Shown piece by piece: positions 17,256-26,800 of a stretch of DNA of 64,000 nucleotides. The translations under genes were made by a program, and so were the position numbers. This DNA comes from a virus. Lineage: Duplodnaviria > Caudoviricetes. The stretch is from positions 14,903-78,902 of the IMG/VR virus record IMGVR_UViG_3300006115_000009; one strand, written 5' to 3'. Below the pieces are notes generated by a model. The model was not told the DNA's origin, did not search any database, and saw only the letters and a list, made by a program, of their open reading frames with translations. The first letter of the stretch is position 1; each line of letters begins with the position of its first letter.

Positions 17256-17600
17256 TGGGGGTCATCGCGCACGTGTACGCGTATGGGCGCGATGGTCATC
17301 GTGTTTATGAAATCGTGCGCCCGCAAATGGTAAGTTCTCGGAAGCATTTCATAAAACGTTTGTGACGCAGATTTGTTTCATCGCGCTAAAAAAAATGCCT
17401 TATCGCTTTTCCACGCCCCGATTTGATTTTATCGCTATTTGGGGTAGGCGGACAGCAAGACTAAGGCATAACCCGAGGACGCAGTGCCGGTGGGCATACC
17501 AACAGTGTAGCACAGGGGGAAGCATCGCGCTCGCGCGATTAGAAGCGTTTCTGGTATTCTGGTGGTGTTCCGGCGAAAGGCGTCGGGCGGAAAGGTAGTT

Positions 17601-17822
17601 ATGTCGGTTCCACGTCACCACCGCAACGCGGTCTTGGCTCAGTTGTTTGAGTTCCTTACTCTCGTTGTGGGTGCTATTACCCTTGTTCTCACTGAGACTG
17701 TGTTGTTCTGGCAATACTCAGGCAACGAGTTCGGTGCGTTCCTGCTGTTCTTGCTGTTCTTCGTGGCCGGTGGGGTTCTCATCCCTATCATCGTAAAGCG
17801 GTTTAGGGCTCTGTTCCTGTAA
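17601..17822 (+). CDS. two-TM membrane protein (cassette)
   Basis: 73 aa, dyad 17524, TGG-TATTCT, GGAAAGGT; hairpin plus U-tract follows. Confidence 0.7.
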   Translation: MSVPRHHRNAVLAQLFEFLTLVVGAITLVLTETVLFWQYSGNEFGAFLLFLLFFVAGGVLIPIIVKRFRALFL

Positions 17823-17823
17823 G

Positions 17824-17869
17824 GGGTCGGTGGGGTGGGTGGTCTAGGCCACCTGCCCCGCCGATTTTT
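17824..17869 (+). terminator. intrinsic terminator
   Basis: GC hairpin followed by TTTTTTT. Confidence 0.6.
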
Positions 17870-18132
17870 TTGACCATTTGCCTATCGCGCCCGCTCGATT
17901 ATTGCGGGAATCGCGCGCCCTTACTTGGCAGCAACGCCAAAACATTTCATAAAAATCGCGCGTGAAGAAAGTATTTCGGAAAGCCGGCCACGTTTTCGCA
18001 AGACTTCCGCGTTCGTGACCGGCTTTCTATTTCCATTGTAGCAAAGTCGGCTCTAATCGCGCTCGCGCGATTTGGACCGCTTCTGGTATTCTGGGGGGGC
18101 AAGGGGAGATGCCCCGAGCGAAAGGCAAGGCT

Positions 18133-18258
18133 ATGAACGGATACGACGAGCAGACACAGCGCATTCTCTCCAACCTTGAGGGCGTGGACTTCACCACCTT
18201 GAGTTTGTGGGAGTTCGAGGACTTGTTCGAGGACCGAGACCCCTTCGAGTTCATTTAG
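18133..18258 (+). CDS. 41 aa acidic cassette peptide
   Basis: MNGYDEQTQRILSNLEGVDFTTLSLWEFEDLFEDRDPFEFI; dyad 18056, TGG-TATTCT, GAAAGG. Confidence 0.65.
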   Translation: MNGYDEQTQRILSNLEGVDFTTLSLWEFEDLFEDRDPFEFI

Positions 18259-18373
18259 GCGGTGAGGGGCGGGGGCGCAAGCCCTCGCCCTTTATCCCCG
18301 CAACTCGTATCGCGCACGCGCGATTAGAACCGGATTTGTTATGCTGGGGGGGTAGCCAAACGAAAGGGAGATT

Positions 18374-18565
18374 ATGGCATACAGCGAGACAATAGAGAGC
18401 CGTAGGGGCGAGGTTCTAAAGGGCGCACAGATTACAGAGGTGCTAAAGGCTCACGGCTTAGGCATACAGGGGTTTGCGTCGTTCCTAGATGACATTGGCG
18501 GCCTAGAGGAATACAACGAGGGCGGCATCCTTTGGGAAGAACTGATGGGGTGGTTGGGCTACTAG
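18374..18565 (+). CDS. 63 aa acidic cassette protein
   Basis: dyad 18309, TGT-TATGCT, GAAAGGGAG RBS. Confidence 0.7.
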   Translation: MAYSETIESRRGEVLKGAQITEVLKAHGLGIQGFASFLDDIGGLEEYNEGGILWEELMGWLGY

Positions 18566-18664
18566 CCCAATCACTTCACCCATCGCGCGTATACAGGTTC
18601 TTATCGCGCCCGCGCGATTTGGGGAGTTTTGTTATGCTGGAAACGTCAGAGAGAAAGGACACCA

Positions 18665-18868
18665 ATGAAACTGACACTGAGAGGCAAAAGGGTAGTTGTG
18701 TGGGGCGTTGCGCTGTTGGCGTATGCGCTGGCGTACTTCCACTTCGATAGCGAGATACCGCTAGACAACGTGGACGTTGTGCGTCAATGGGTGGCGGTCG
18801 GCCAGTCGCTACTAGTGGCGGTTCCGGTGCTGTTCGCCGGTGCTTACTTCGCAACACGGAAGGAGTAA
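18665..18868 (+). CDS. two-TM membrane protein (cassette)
   Basis: 67 aa, dyad 18603, TGT-TATGCT, GAAAGGA. Confidence 0.68.
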   Translation: MKLTLRGKRVVVWGVALLAYALAYFHFDSEIPLDNVDVVRQWVAVGQSLLVAVPVLFAGAYFATRKE

Positions 18869-18957
18869 GCAGTACCCTTATCGCGCACGCGCGATTAGGG
18901 GGTCGCTGTGTTATTCTGGATTTGTCGGGGAGACGCCCCGCGGGAAAGGCAACAACA

Positions 18958-19230
18958 ATGGCAACACACACGAGCAACCGAGAGGCGTGGCGTTTCATCG
19001 CCGAGCGCAAGCCGTTTCAGGGTAGCAACCTACGAGCGGAATACACGCTAGGGGACTACCTTATCTATTCCTACTCAACGCTAGTTGCATACATCGCTAA
19101 GACCGGCGAAACGTGGATTACGCCCGAGAAGTACAGCCAGACAACCGGACGGCACAAGTCGCACATTCGCCGAGGGTTCGAGGCGTACAAGGACAAGCAC
19201 GACACGCCCGAGAAGGTCGCAAGTCTGTAA
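18958..19230 (+). CDS. phage hypothetical protein (YSYST...KYSQTTGRH motif)
   Basis: 90 aa, dyad 18880, TGT-TATTCT, AGACG hairpin, GAAAGG. Confidence 0.72.
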   Translation: MATHTSNREAWRFIAERKPFQGSNLRAEYTLGDYLIYSYSTLVAYIAKTGETWITPEKYSQTTGRHKSHIRRGFEAYKDKHDTPEKVASL

Positions 19231-19389
19231 GTCTGCTAGGGGTCGGGGTGGGTTGCCCTGCCCCCTAGCAACACCCCCCATCGCGCGTTTTGATTTCTAT
19301 ACTCTTTCTTCCATCGCGCCCGCGCGATTTGAGCCGTCTGTGTTATTCTGGAAGCAACGGGGAAACGCCCCGAGGGAAAGGCAGGCATT

Positions 19390-19569
19390 ATGTCTGAAGC
19401 ACGCACGTCGGTATTCCTCACCGACGTAAAGCCCGAGACGGTTTACGTCTCAGTTAGCCTAGAGGACGATTTGGTCGTTCTCGACCTTGACGGCCTCACG
19501 GTTTATTCGCCGGTAGCGGTCATCAAGGAAGTTCTGGCTCAGGCTGCCGAGCGCAAGTTGGCCGAGTAG
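19390..19569 (+). CDS. 59 aa cassette protein
   Basis: MSEARTSVFLTDVKPETVYVSVSLEDDLVVLDLDG...; dyad 19313; not in the ORF track. Confidence 0.68.
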   Translation: MSEARTSVFLTDVKPETVYVSVSLEDDLVVLDLDGLTVYSPVAVIKEVLAQAAERKLAE

Positions 19570-19691
19570 TCCGAGGGTGGGTCGGGGGGAAACCCCCGAC
19601 CTAGCCCACCACTGCCATCGCGCCCGCGCGATAGAACCCGATTTGTTATGCTGGAAACGTAGGGGGCAAGCCTCTGCGGGAAAGGGTACAA

Positions 19692-19856
19692 ATGTACAGG
19701 TTAATTATTTGCAAGGACGGCTCTATTGAGTCGGAGGTCAAGTTCGACAACTATTCTTCGGCGGTGACGCTCTGTGAGCACCTTCGCCAGCAGGCTTGGA
19801 AGCACGAGGAAGTGGACTCGGAGTACTACGTCACTCGCACTGAAGTCGTGTATTAG
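19692..19856 (+). CDS. 54 aa cassette protein
   Basis: MYRLIICKDGSIESEVKFDNYSSAVTLCEHL...; dyad 19617, TGT-TATGCT, GAAAGGG. Confidence 0.65.
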   Translation: MYRLIICKDGSIESEVKFDNYSSAVTLCEHLRQQAWKHEEVDSEYYVTRTEVVY

Positions 19857-20012
19857 GAAAGGTCGGGGTGCAGTTTTGCCCCGCCCTTTTTTATCGCGCA
19901 CGACTTTTCCCCATAATAGTCCAGTAATTTCTATCGCGCCCGCGCGATTCGGCCCTTGTTGGGCTAATCTGGGTGTGTTGCCGGAGACGCCGGCGACGTG
20001 GAAGGGGTTCCT

Positions 20013-20396
20013 ATGCTTACAGCAACTAAAGTTGTGGAAGCGGTCAAGGCTAATGGCGGTGTATCGCTGAACATTGACGGCGCAGCGCCCACTAGCGGTT
20101 TTATGGTGTCGCTGGGTGCTAAGTGGTCTTACGTTGCCAGCGCGGACGTGTTGGACGACATTGCCAGCGCCGTGAACGTTGTGGGCGGTTTTCTCAACCG
20201 GCACAAAGTAGAGTTGTCCGCTAAGACTAACTATCTCGGTGCGTGGTTGTATGAAGGTCAGGTGTACCTAGACGTATCGGAATGCGTGAGCGACATTGAC
20301 GACGCGGTGAACGCCGGCATTGAACGTAATCAAATCGCAGTCTGGGACGTTGTCGCCGGTGCGGAAATCGCCACCGGCGGAAATGGGGAGGTGTGA
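20013..20396 (+). CDS. phage hypothetical protein (YLGAW...VYLDVS...QIAVWD)
   Basis: 127 aa, dyad 19933, TAATCT, AGACG hairpin. Confidence 0.72.
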   Translation: MLTATKVVEAVKANGGVSLNIDGAAPTSGFMVSLGAKWSYVASADVLDDIASAVNVVGGFLNRHKVELSAKTNYLGAWLYEGQVYLDVSECVSDIDDAVNAGIERNQIAVWDVVAGAEIATGGNGEV

Positions 20397-20736
20397 ATGC
20401 CCCAAATCCTAAATCGCGCACATATTAATCGCGCTCGCGCGATGGAGAAATCCAGCAAATCCCTAGTCGCGCGCGGCACGCCAGGAAAACTTTCATAAAA
20501 ACTCCGTGATGAAAGTGTGTTTCTATGAGCGTCTTAGTCGCTCGCTTCGGCGTTCCCTGTTCTCCGGTGTCTAAGAACCTTACCGGCAGTGTCCGTTCTC
20601 ACTGTTTGCTACATACCTTTCCTTCCCTCTGTTGCCAATAAGTATAAGCCAAATGTCCCATCGCGCTCGCGCGATTTAGGGATTTCTGGGCTATTCTGTT
20701 TGGGCAGGGGGAAACGCCCCCAGCGAAAGGAAAGAA

Positions 20737-21150
20737 ATGGCAACCATCAACCTAAAGGTGTCGAAGGCGAAACTCGTCTCGGCACTCGAAACCAAGTTAG
20801 AGCAAATCAAGACTAACAAGGCTAACGAAAAGAAGGCACTTCAGGTTCACGAGAAGGCTGTAGAGGCGTGGCGTAAGAAGGTCTTGGCGAGTATCCCCAA
20901 GACCCGAAAGCCGGACGAGTTCTCAGTCTGTACGCTCGGCTACGGCTCGTTCGCTGGCAAGACTAAGGTAGAAATCACCTACTACCTCGACAAAGCCCCC
21001 GAACGTCCTGAGAACGACGTGGAAGCGTTGCCGGACTACGCCTACCGCGAAACAGTGTCGGACATTGAGAGTGCGCTTCGTATCCTCGCCCTGAGCGACG
21101 AGGAGACAGTCAGCACTAGCACCTACAAGTCTGTGGCTAAGTACCTTTAG
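20737..21150 (+). CDS. hypothetical protein (cassette)
   Basis: 137 aa, dyad 20660, TATTCT, AAACG hairpin, GAAAGGAAAG. Confidence 0.75.
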   Translation: MATINLKVSKAKLVSALETKLEQIKTNKANEKKALQVHEKAVEAWRKKVLASIPKTRKPDEFSVCTLGYGSFAGKTKVEITYYLDKAPERPENDVEALPDYAYRETVSDIESALRILALSDEETVSTSTYKSVAKYL

Positions 21151-21160
21151 CCCAGCCAAA

Positions 21161-21193
21161 GGAGTGGGTCGGGGTTCTGCCCCGACCCACTCC
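21161..21193 (+). terminator. cassette terminator hairpin
   Basis: Perfect 14-bp stem GGAGTGGGTCGGGG/CCCCGACCCACTCC; related hairpins at about 19575 and 22085. Confidence 0.65.
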
Positions 21194-21285
21194 GCCTTTC
21201 CCCCTAGGGCATCGCGCACGCGCGATTGGGGGGATTTCTGCTAATCTGGAGTTGTCGGGGGCAAGCCTCGACGGAAAGGGAAACA

Positions 21286-21417
21286 ATGGAAACCATCTGG
21301 CAGTCAGTATTGACAAGCGAGTTCGTATCGGGTCTCGACCCTGACAACTTGCCTTACCTTATCCGCGACTTGGAAAAGTCTGTGGAAGCAGTCTGCCGTG
21401 AGTGGGGGTTGCTCTAA
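21286..21417 (+). CDS. 43 aa cassette protein
   Basis: METIWQSVLTSEF...; dyad 21211, TGC-TAATCT, GAAAGGG. Confidence 0.62.
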   Translation: METIWQSVLTSEFVSGLDPDNLPYLIRDLEKSVEAVCREWGLL

Positions 21418-21704
21418 TGGGTAGCCTTCACGCTCACGAGTTCGCAGAGTTGGCCGGCGAGGGGGTGATTAGCCTAGAGCAGTCTATCGCTGTTCATCTC
21501 ACCAGCAACCACTATCCGCCCGTGCCAACGTCAATGGTGCCGGCCTGTATTCAGGCCATCGAAGCCTGTAACGAGGACGAAGCCGACCGCCTTATCGACT
21601 TGCCCGACGGCGTGTTCTGGCGTCTGGGGGCAACGTCTGCGCCAGCGTGGGCAGTCGTTGAGGGGCATCACCTAGAGCCGTGGGTCTACTACGACGAGGA
21701 CTGA
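21417..21704 (+). CDS. acidic hypothetical protein (HLTSNHYPPVP motif)
   Basis: 95 aa, TAATG-coupled. Confidence 0.68.
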   Translation: MGSLHAHEFAELAGEGVISLEQSIAVHLTSNHYPPVPTSMVPACIQAIEACNEDEADRLIDLPDGVFWRLGATSAPAWAVVEGHHLEPWVYYDED

Positions 21705-21863
21705 GGGGTGGCGGGGCGAAAGCCCTGCCATTCCCCCCACCTAATCGCGCACGCGCGATAATCCAGTAATTGTGGGACAATAAACGTATCGCGCCCGCGC
21801 GATTTAGCAGTCTTTGGTGTATCATTGAGGTATCGGGGAAGCGCCCCGATAGGAAAGGAAGTT

Positions 21864-22079
21864 ATGGCAGAGCGTTCTGACGCACGAGTTAGCACCGATA
21901 TCCACTTGCGAGGTATCGAGACCGAAATTGAGGTCACCTACTACGACAACTTTGTCACTGTTGAGTTCGGCAACTGGCGCAACGGCACGACCAAGTTGTA
22001 TCTGACCAAGGAGCAAGCACAACTGCTCTCCAACAAGATTGCCCAAACCGCCCTTGCGGATATCTACGCTGTAGCGTAG
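21864..22079 (+). CDS. 71 aa cassette protein
   Basis: dyad 21788, TATCAT, AAGCG hairpin, GGAAAGGAA. Confidence 0.68.
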   Translation: MAERSDARVSTDIHLRGIETEIEVTYYDNFVTVEFGNWRNGTTKLYLTKEQAQLLSNKIAQTALADIYAVA

Positions 22080-22201
22080 TCGGTGGGTGGGTCGGGGGAA
22101 ACCCCGACCTACCTACTACCCCCCTATCGCGCCCGCGCGATTTAGGGTTCCCTGTGATACGCTGTTGGTGTTCCGGAGAAGCCGGAGCAGGAAAGGTAAG
22201 T

Positions 22202-22534
22202 ATGGAAGCAATTGAGATTACAGTTAAGACTTCTGTTAACGCACAGGAGTTCTGGGATGAAGTTACCGGCTGTGCTTGGGAAACGTGGGACTGGTGGACT
22301 GGCGTTCACTTTGACTCTCCCCTCGGTGCGGAAATTGGTGCAATTAGCATCGACTACATCGACCCCGAGACCGACGAGGAGTGCGAGGAAACTCGTGTCA
22401 TCACCATTCACGACTTGGTGTCGGCCTACGAGAAGGCGTCTGCGGCTCACTATATTGACTGGCAGAACCTCGACGCCTCGTCCGGTGACGTTATCTTCCA
22501 GTACGCCATCTTTGGCGAGGCCGTCTACGGCTAA
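22202..22534 (+). CDS. very acidic cassette protein (DASSGDVIFQYAIFGEAVYG end)
   Basis: 110 aa, dyad 22126, TGA-TACGCT, GAAAGGT. Confidence 0.72.
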   Translation: MEAIEITVKTSVNAQEFWDEVTGCAWETWDWWTGVHFDSPLGAEIGAISIDYIDPETDEECEETRVITIHDLVSAYEKASAAHYIDWQNLDASSGDVIFQYAIFGEAVYG

Positions 22535-22535
22535 T

Positions 22536-22551
22536 TGTTTCACGTGAAACA
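22536..22551. promoter_or_regulatory. parS: parS site (host ParB/Spo0J consensus)
   Basis: TGTTTCACGTGAAACA, perfect match to the 16-bp parS palindrome. Confidence 0.85.
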
Positions 22552-22786
22552 TCTCCCCGGGGCCGGTTGGGTTGGCTGGCCCCGGGGATATTACCCCCCC
22601 CCATCGCGCGAGCGCGATAGGAATAGTCCAGGGATTTCCCTACGCGCGGATGCGGCTGCGCGCCACAAACGTTTTGGGAAAGTTCTGTGATGCGAATGTG
22701 TTTTTAACGCATCGCGCGCGCGCGATTAGACCAGTGATTTGGTATGCTGGGTGTGTTCCGGAAACGCCGGCACAAGAAAGGTAGAA

Positions 22787-23200
22787 ATGGGTCTCGACCA
22801 ATACGCATACAAGGTGGATGCTAATCCACTAAACACCGACTTCTCGTTTGAGCGTGAGGATGACGAGGGTGTCACCATCTACAGCGAAATCGCCTACTGG
22901 CGTAAGCACCCCAACCTTCAGGGCTTTATGGAAGCCCTGTGGAACCACAAGCGCATCGAACAGCCCAACAACGGCGTGGATGAGGACGCTTGGTTTAACT
23001 GCCAGCCGGTTCGCCTCACCCTAGAGGACTTGGCCGACTTGGAGAAGTGCGTCAAGAACAAGTTGCTTCCCAGCACCACTGGCTTCTTCTTCGGTGATGA
23101 CGGAGACGATTATTACAAGAAGGATGACCTTAAGTTCATTAAACAGGCTCGTAGTGCCATCAAGGACGGCTACGAGGTCTATTATGATAGTTGGTGGTAA
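22787..23200 (+). CDS. conserved phage hypothetical protein (MGLDQY...YWRKH)
   Basis: 137 aa, fully palindromic dyad 22711, TGG-TATGCT. Confidence 0.75.
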   Translation: MGLDQYAYKVDANPLNTDFSFEREDDEGVTIYSEIAYWRKHPNLQGFMEALWNHKRIEQPNNGVDEDAWFNCQPVRLTLEDLADLEKCVKNKLLPSTTGFFFGDDGDDYYKKDDLKFIKQARSAIKDGYEVYYDSWW

Positions 23201-23356
23201 CCATACTGACGGCTAGTTTGCGGCCGTCACAGGGCGTTCTAGGGGTCTCTCAGAGGCTTCTAGAACGCCCACCTTTCCAACCATCGCGCACGCGCGATTG
23301 GGAAGGTTTCTGTTATTCTGGTTTCGGCGGGGAAAAGCCCCCCAAGAAAGGTAAGT

Positions 23357-23668
23357 ATGCCAACTTTACAGCAATACATTGAGGCGTGTGAGGAAACCGC
23401 ACCAGAGGGCGCCGTTGTCGCTTTCTACAACAACGACCCTTATTGGGCAACGTATGAGAAGGCCGACGTCGACGACTTTCGGCGCTCACTAGAGGACAGT
23501 TATCGGGGAGCGTATGACAGCGGTGAGGAATACGCTGAGGAGTTGACTAGTCAGTATTACATCATCCCCGATGGTTTGGAAGCGTACATTGACTACGAAA
23601 GTATGTGGACTGATATGCGTTATGGGGGCGCTTGGTTCGTTGACGGCTACGTCTTTGTTCCCTGCTGA
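23357..23668 (+). CDS. ArdA-like antirestriction protein (short form)
   Basis: Acidic; YRGAYDSGEEYAEEL...IPDGLEAYIDYESMWTDM resembles the ArdA C-terminal region; dyad 23283. Confidence 0.68.
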   Translation: MPTLQQYIEACEETAPEGAVVAFYNNDPYWATYEKADVDDFRRSLEDSYRGAYDSGEEYAEELTSQYYIIPDGLEAYIDYESMWTDMRYGGAWFVDGYVFVPC

Positions 23669-23783
23669 GCCGGCCGGTCTCGAAGTTTGAGGCCGGTGGC
23701 TTCTATCGCGCCCGCGCGATTGGGGAGACGTTTGGTAATCTGGGTTCGCAAGGGGAAACGCCCCGAGCAAGAAAGGAAACACA

Positions 23784-24050
23784 GTGGCAACGCAATACGC
23801 AGTGACCCTAGATTTGGGCAACCTAAAGGGCCCAGACGGAAACGCCTTGTCTATCGTGGCTAAGGCTAAGTCAGCACTAAGTCAGTTGGGCGAGTCTCGT
23901 CAAGAGATTGACAACTTTATCAGTGAGGCACTTAGCGGTGACTACGACCACGTTATCGAGACTGTGCGCAGTCGCTTCCACTACGTCACTTGGACTGGCT
24001 ACAGTCTGGGCGAGGACAGTGGGGATGAGTGGGATGATGACGATGAGTGA
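23784..24050 (+). CDS. conserved hypothetical protein (GPDGNALSI...ALSGDYDHVI)
   Basis: 88 aa, GTG start after GAAAGGA, dyad 23705. Confidence 0.7.
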   Translation: MATQYAVTLDLGNLKGPDGNALSIVAKAKSALSQLGESRQEIDNFISEALSGDYDHVIETVRSRFHYVTWTGYSLGEDSGDEWDDDDE

Positions 24051-24189
24051 GGGGCTGTCGGAATACGAACGCCTTTTGCTCATTGAGAACCTAAGAGACT
24101 TGCGTGGTCGTATCGGCAACGATGCCAACGAGCAACTGGCTACGGCTATCGGGTCGCTTATCTGGTCTATAGGTGGCGGAGATGAGTAA
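24043..24189 (+). CDS. 48 aa hypothetical protein
   Basis: MSEGLSEYERLLLIENL...; overlaps neighbours by 8 bp. Confidence 0.5.
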   Translation: MSEGLSEYERLLLIENLRDLRGRIGNDANEQLATAIGSLIWSIGGGDE

Positions 24190-24469
24190 GTACGTTTATC
24201 AGGCAAGGGTAGTGCTGGAGTTCTTTGTTGAGGCTACCAGCGCCGAGGAAGTCGAACCAGCGGTTCAGGTCTTTATGAACCACATAGCCGAGGCCGACCA
24301 GTTACTAGAAAGCCCCTATTCTTGGGAGTTTGCCGACTGGCAGATAACCGAGGTGGCCGATGAGGACGAACTTGGCGAGTGCGACACCTGTGGAAAGTCG
24401 TATGATTTGGCTAGTCGTGACGGCCGGTGCGGAGACTGTGGCAACTGCTCCGACCACTGTACCGATTAG
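24182..24469 (+). CDS. acidic protein with C-terminal CxxC-CxxCxxC zinc motif
   Basis: 95 aa; CDTCGK...CGDCGNCSDHC. Confidence 0.62.
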   Translation: MSKYVYQARVVLEFFVEATSAEEVEPAVQVFMNHIAEADQLLESPYSWEFADWQITEVADEDELGECDTCGKSYDLASRDGRCGDCGNCSDHCTD

Positions 24470-24580
24470 CCGGTGGCTACCCCGAAGTTTGGGGTAGTTG
24501 CCACCCATCGCGCCCGCGCGATTAGGGGATTTGTTGATACACTGTTGGCATACCGGAAACGCCGGTTAGGAAAGGAAACA

Positions 24581-24871
24581 ATGTCGGAACACGAACACAA
24601 CCACGAGGGCTTCATCATCAACGAGAAGGAGTTTGAGTTGCTGGGCGGTGCTGTCTTGCTGGCTACGGCAGGTGCTTACGTTGAGTGGCAGGCTGACGAG
24701 AACGACTTGGCACTTCAGTTTATTGCCAACGACTACCGCGACCTGCTCAACAAGTTGGCACCTTACTCAAATATCATCCAGTCAACTTTCACTAGCGACG
24801 AGTTCACTCGGAACATCAACAAGCAGATTGAGGAACGCAAGGCGCAGAAAGCGCAAGAAGCGCAGGGTTAG
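24581..24871 (+). CDS. 96 aa cassette protein
   Basis: dyad 24507, TGA-TACACT, AAACG hairpin, GGAAAGGA. Confidence 0.68.
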   Translation: MSEHEHNHEGFIINEKEFELLGGAVLLATAGAYVEWQADENDLALQFIANDYRDLLNKLAPYSNIIQSTFTSDEFTRNINKQIEERKAQKAQEAQG

Positions 24872-24995
24872 CCGGTGCGACAGGGTGGGGAAACCCACCC
24901 TGTCGTATCCCCCGAACATATCGCGCGCGCGCGATTTGGGGAACCAACTGATACGCTGTTTGTGTGCCGGAAACGCCGACACGGAAAGGGATGAA

Positions 24996-25883
24996 ATGAA
25001 CGCCTACGAAGTAGTGGCCCAGACGATTATTGACCAACTCGCAGAAGGTACCGCACCTTGGCGTAAGGAGTGGGTGGCGAGTGGATACGTGCCTAAGTCG
25101 CTGTCCTCACGCAAGCGGTACAACGGCATTAACCACTGGCTTCTGTCGTTCTCCGCATATGCCAAGGGCTACAACTCGCCTTGGTGGGGTACGTACAAGC
25201 AGATTACCGAACTTGGTGGCAACGTCATCAAGGGCGAGAAGGGTACGCCGGTAGTTCTGTGGCGTCAGTTGGAGACCGAGGACGCCGACGGCAAGCCCAA
25301 GAAGGCAGTGGTGATGCGTTACTTCACTGTCTTTAACGCCGAACAAGCGGAATGGGAGAAGGGAGCGCCCAAGTACGAAGCGCCGTTCTCTCGCCCAGAC
25401 TTCGAAATTATCGAAGGTGCTCAGCGAGTTGTAGGGGATTACTTCGGGCGAGAGGGTGCGCCTAAGTTGTCGTATGACGGAGATAGGGCTTTCTACTCGC
25501 CGTTGACCGATAGCATCACGTTGCCCGAGCGAACCAAGTTCACTACCGACCACGGCTTCTACGCCACTTCTTTCCACGAGATTGCCCACTCAACTGGTCA
25601 CAAGAACCGGCTCAACCGAGAGGGTGTCGTTGAGGGTCACGGCTTCGGTTCGGCACGCTACTCAGAGGAAGAGTTGGTGGCAGAGTTCACCGCTGCTTTC
25701 CTGTCCGCCGAGACTGGCATTCTGCCAGAAACGCTGGACAACTCAGCGTCCTACGTGGCGAGTTGGTACAAGGTGCTTAAGAACGACCCGAAGTTGTTGG
25801 TCAAGGCAGTGGCACGAGCACAGAAGTCGGCGGACTACGTGCTGAACCGCAAGGCAACCGAGACCGAGGGGGCGGTGGAGTAA
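24996..25883 (+). CDS. ardC: ArdC-family antirestriction/ssDNA-binding protein with zincin-like domain
   Basis: PWRKEW...YNGINHWLL...WGTYKQ...GGNVIKGEKGTPV; FHEIAHSTGH (HExxH); YSEEELVAE. Confidence 0.88.
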   Translation: MNAYEVVAQTIIDQLAEGTAPWRKEWVASGYVPKSLSSRKRYNGINHWLLSFSAYAKGYNSPWWGTYKQITELGGNVIKGEKGTPVVLWRQLETEDADGKPKKAVVMRYFTVFNAEQAEWEKGAPKYEAPFSRPDFEIIEGAQRVVGDYFGREGAPKLSYDGDRAFYSPLTDSITLPERTKFTTDHGFYATSFHEIAHSTGHKNRLNREGVVEGHGFGSARYSEEELVAEFTAAFLSAETGILPETLDNSASYVASWYKVLKNDPKLLVKAVARAQKSADYVLNRKATETEGAVE

Positions 25884-26088
25884 TCCACCGCTTTCCCCCA
25901 ATCGCGCACGCGCGATGGCGGCGTCAATAAATCCTAAAGAAACGCGCGGGCGGCACGACCTCGGAAAAGTTTCACAAAAACTTCGTGTCGAAAGAGTATT
26001 TCGCGTATCGCGCCCGCGCGATTTTCGGGGGTTATGTTATTCTTGTATTGGTTGGGAAAGCCCTGGCCAAATTTAGATAGGAGTAAAT

Positions 26089-26409
26089 ATGTGTGAAGAG
26101 ACAGAACCAAAGGAGTTCACTAGCAACGAGTTGGTGTATATCGCTAAAGATGGCGGTTATGGTGATGCTATCGGTATGTTGTTACTAGACCCCCGAACGA
26201 TTGGTGAGGGCGGACTGGAGCAACTTAACAATGCTGTTCGAAACGGAGAGAGTCTGTGGGAGTTTGTTCTGCGTCAACACGACGAGGGTAATGCTATCCA
26301 GGCAGGCGTGCACGTTATTTATGAGAACGGATACGTCTTTGGCGGGGACTTCTTTAAGCAGATACCGGCCGTCCTGAGCAAACTCAACCCCGAGTTGTTC
26401 CCTAGTTAA
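26089..26409 (+). CDS. hypothetical protein (cassette)
   Basis: 106 aa, dyad 26007, TGT-TATTCT, AGGAG RBS. Confidence 0.68.
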   Translation: MCEETEPKEFTSNELVYIAKDGGYGDAIGMLLLDPRTIGEGGLEQLNNAVRNGESLWEFVLRQHDEGNAIQAGVHVIYENGYVFGGDFFKQIPAVLSKLNPELFPS

Positions 26410-26530
26410 TAGGTATCCCCTGAGTAATTCAGGGGAGACCTATGGCATCGCGCGCGCGCGATTAGACCCCGAAATGCTACACTGGATTTGTCGAGGAGAT
26501 GCCTCGGCAGGTATGAAAGGAAACAAACCT

Positions 26531-26800
26531 ATGGGCAAGCCCCAAGCAGTACCGGAAGTAATCTGGCAGGAACCGCCAGTAGCAACTAAAAACTCACGCA
26601 AGGGAAACGGCAAGTACGCACTCATTGAGTTGTCGCTACGTGCCAACCCCGGCCAGTGGGCTTTGGTTCAGGAGAGCGAGAAGTCCGTTGGTGGACTGCC
26701 TCGCTTCGCAGGCCCCGACTTCGAGCGTGCGTACCGCACAGTTCGAGAGGGTATCCGAACCTTCAACCGCTACTACGTTCGCTTCGTCGGGCGTAAGTAG
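26531..26800 (+). CDS. hypothetical protein (WQEPP...LRANPGQWALV actinophage-like)
   Basis: 89 aa, dyad 26447, TGC-TACACT, GAAAGGA. Confidence 0.7.
   Translation: MGKPQAVPEVIWQEPPVATKNSRKGNGKYALIELSLRANPGQWALVQESEKSVGGLPRFAGPDFERAYRTVREGIRTFNRYYVRFVGRK

Noticed and set aside
24633-24995. Long N-terminal extension of ArdC (416 aa call)
   Set aside because: It crosses the previous gene, a terminator and the dyad promoter; the RBS-supported start is 24996
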